A stretch of 63,530 bases of DNA, counting the filler. It is 7 parts of 7 records of this genome, joined end to end, with 100 filler letters (N's around TTAATTAATTAA, not from the genome) between each part and the next. Parts side by side here need not be neighbours in the genome. Positions count along the whole stretch, not along the records: positions 58,278 to 63,530 come from SRR31156797_9288; 6 more parts are not named here. One strand, written 5' to 3'. The position numbers and the translations under genes were made by a program. Under the pieces are notes generated by a model, which worked only from the letters and a program-made list of their open reading frames with translations, did not search any database and had not been told where the DNA came from. Numbering within the stretch: the stretch's first letter is position 1; every line of letters starts with the position of its first letter. Below are positions 62,987 through 63,530 of this stretch, in pieces.

Positions 62987-63530
62987 ATGTTCACTGAAAA
63001 CCTAAATACCTGGACTGCTGTTTTCTTGATGTTTTTTAGTACCAATGCTCTTTTTGCTGAAAGTAATAAAATCCTGATAAGCGAGTTTATGGCTATTAAC
63101 AACAAAACCATAAACGATGAAGATGGAGACGATAGCGATTGGCTGGAATTATATAATCCTGGCGATGAAGCTATTAACTTAAACGGTTGGTACCTTACCG
63201 ACAAAGCAGATAATCTGACAAAATGGGAAATTCCAGACATTACGCTAAATGCAGGCGAATACCTATTGATTTTTGCTTCGGAAAAAAAACGCGATAACCC
63301 GGATAGTGAACTACATACCAATTTTAAGTTATCTGGTTCAGGGGAGTTTTTAGCAATAGTTGAATCGGATGGAAGTACCATATCGCATTCGTATGGCGAC
63401 AGCTACCCATCGCAACGCGAAGATATATCGTATGGATTATACCAGGGACAAACGATCTATTTTTCAGATCCTACCCCAGGTTATGAGAATGTTCTGGGCG
63501 ATGTGGTTCAAGCTCCGCAATTTTCAAAAA
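62987..63530 (+). CDS. Secreted lamin-tail-domain protein (often CotH-associated), 3' partial
   Basis: Not in the ORF track. MFTENL...ILISEFMAIN..DEDGDDSDWLELYN...LNGWYLTD...HTNFKL...PTPG. Confidence 0.85.
   Translation, partial: MFTENLNTWTAVFLMFFSTNALFAESNKILISEFMAINNKTINDEDGDDSDWLELYNPGDEAINLNGWYLTDKADNLTKWEIPDITLNAGEYLLIFASEKKRDNPDSELHTNFKLSGSGEFLAIVESDGSTISHSYGDSYPSQREDISYGLYQGQTIYFSDPTPGYENVLGDVVQAPQFSK

Noticed and set aside
62977-63381. 134-aa minus-strand ORF
   Set aside because: Shadow of the plus-strand lamin-tail gene starting at 62987.

Overview
The window is not one locus. It is seven unrelated contigs joined by artificial 100-nt spacers (44 N + TTAATTAATTAA + 44 N), so it is probably a concatenated metagenome assembly; taxonomic labels below are inferences from composition and gene content. 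(1) 1-5798, AT-rich anaerobe: class-V aminotransferase, pdxR/pdxS/pdxT, PAS-GGDEF. (2) 5899-11034, Bacteroidota PUL: HTCS C-terminus, susC, susD. (3) 11135-18056, Desulfobacterota-like: DUF2339, NimA-like protein, truncated AraC, hybrid kinase with PilZ, cupin, deacetylase, a HAPP-ending ORF, beta-carbonic anhydrase. (4) 18157-30864, Vibrio-like: tkt/tal, SorC regulator, TAXI-TRAP, sseA, moeB/moeA, folE, msrAB, MCP. (5) 30965-39394, possibly Methanosarcinales: UvrD helicase/Fe-S nuclease fusion upstream of BREX brxB-brxC-pglX, with no brxA in the usual slot. (6) 39495-58177, Desulfobacterota-like GntR-led organic-acid catabolic cluster: POR with a GltD-fused delta subunit, GlcD/GlcF, PrpD, cupin, MtaA/UroD, TRAP, Etf. 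(7) 58278-63530, Bacteroidota: LacI, GH106-like, GH105, lamin-tail protein. Best leads are a probable selenocysteine cupin (UGA at the TM1459 Cys position plus a SECIS-like hairpin), the uncharacterised catabolic cluster around it, the helicase-nuclease/BREX arrangement, and a candidate RAPP-class arrest peptide upstream of carbonic anhydrase.
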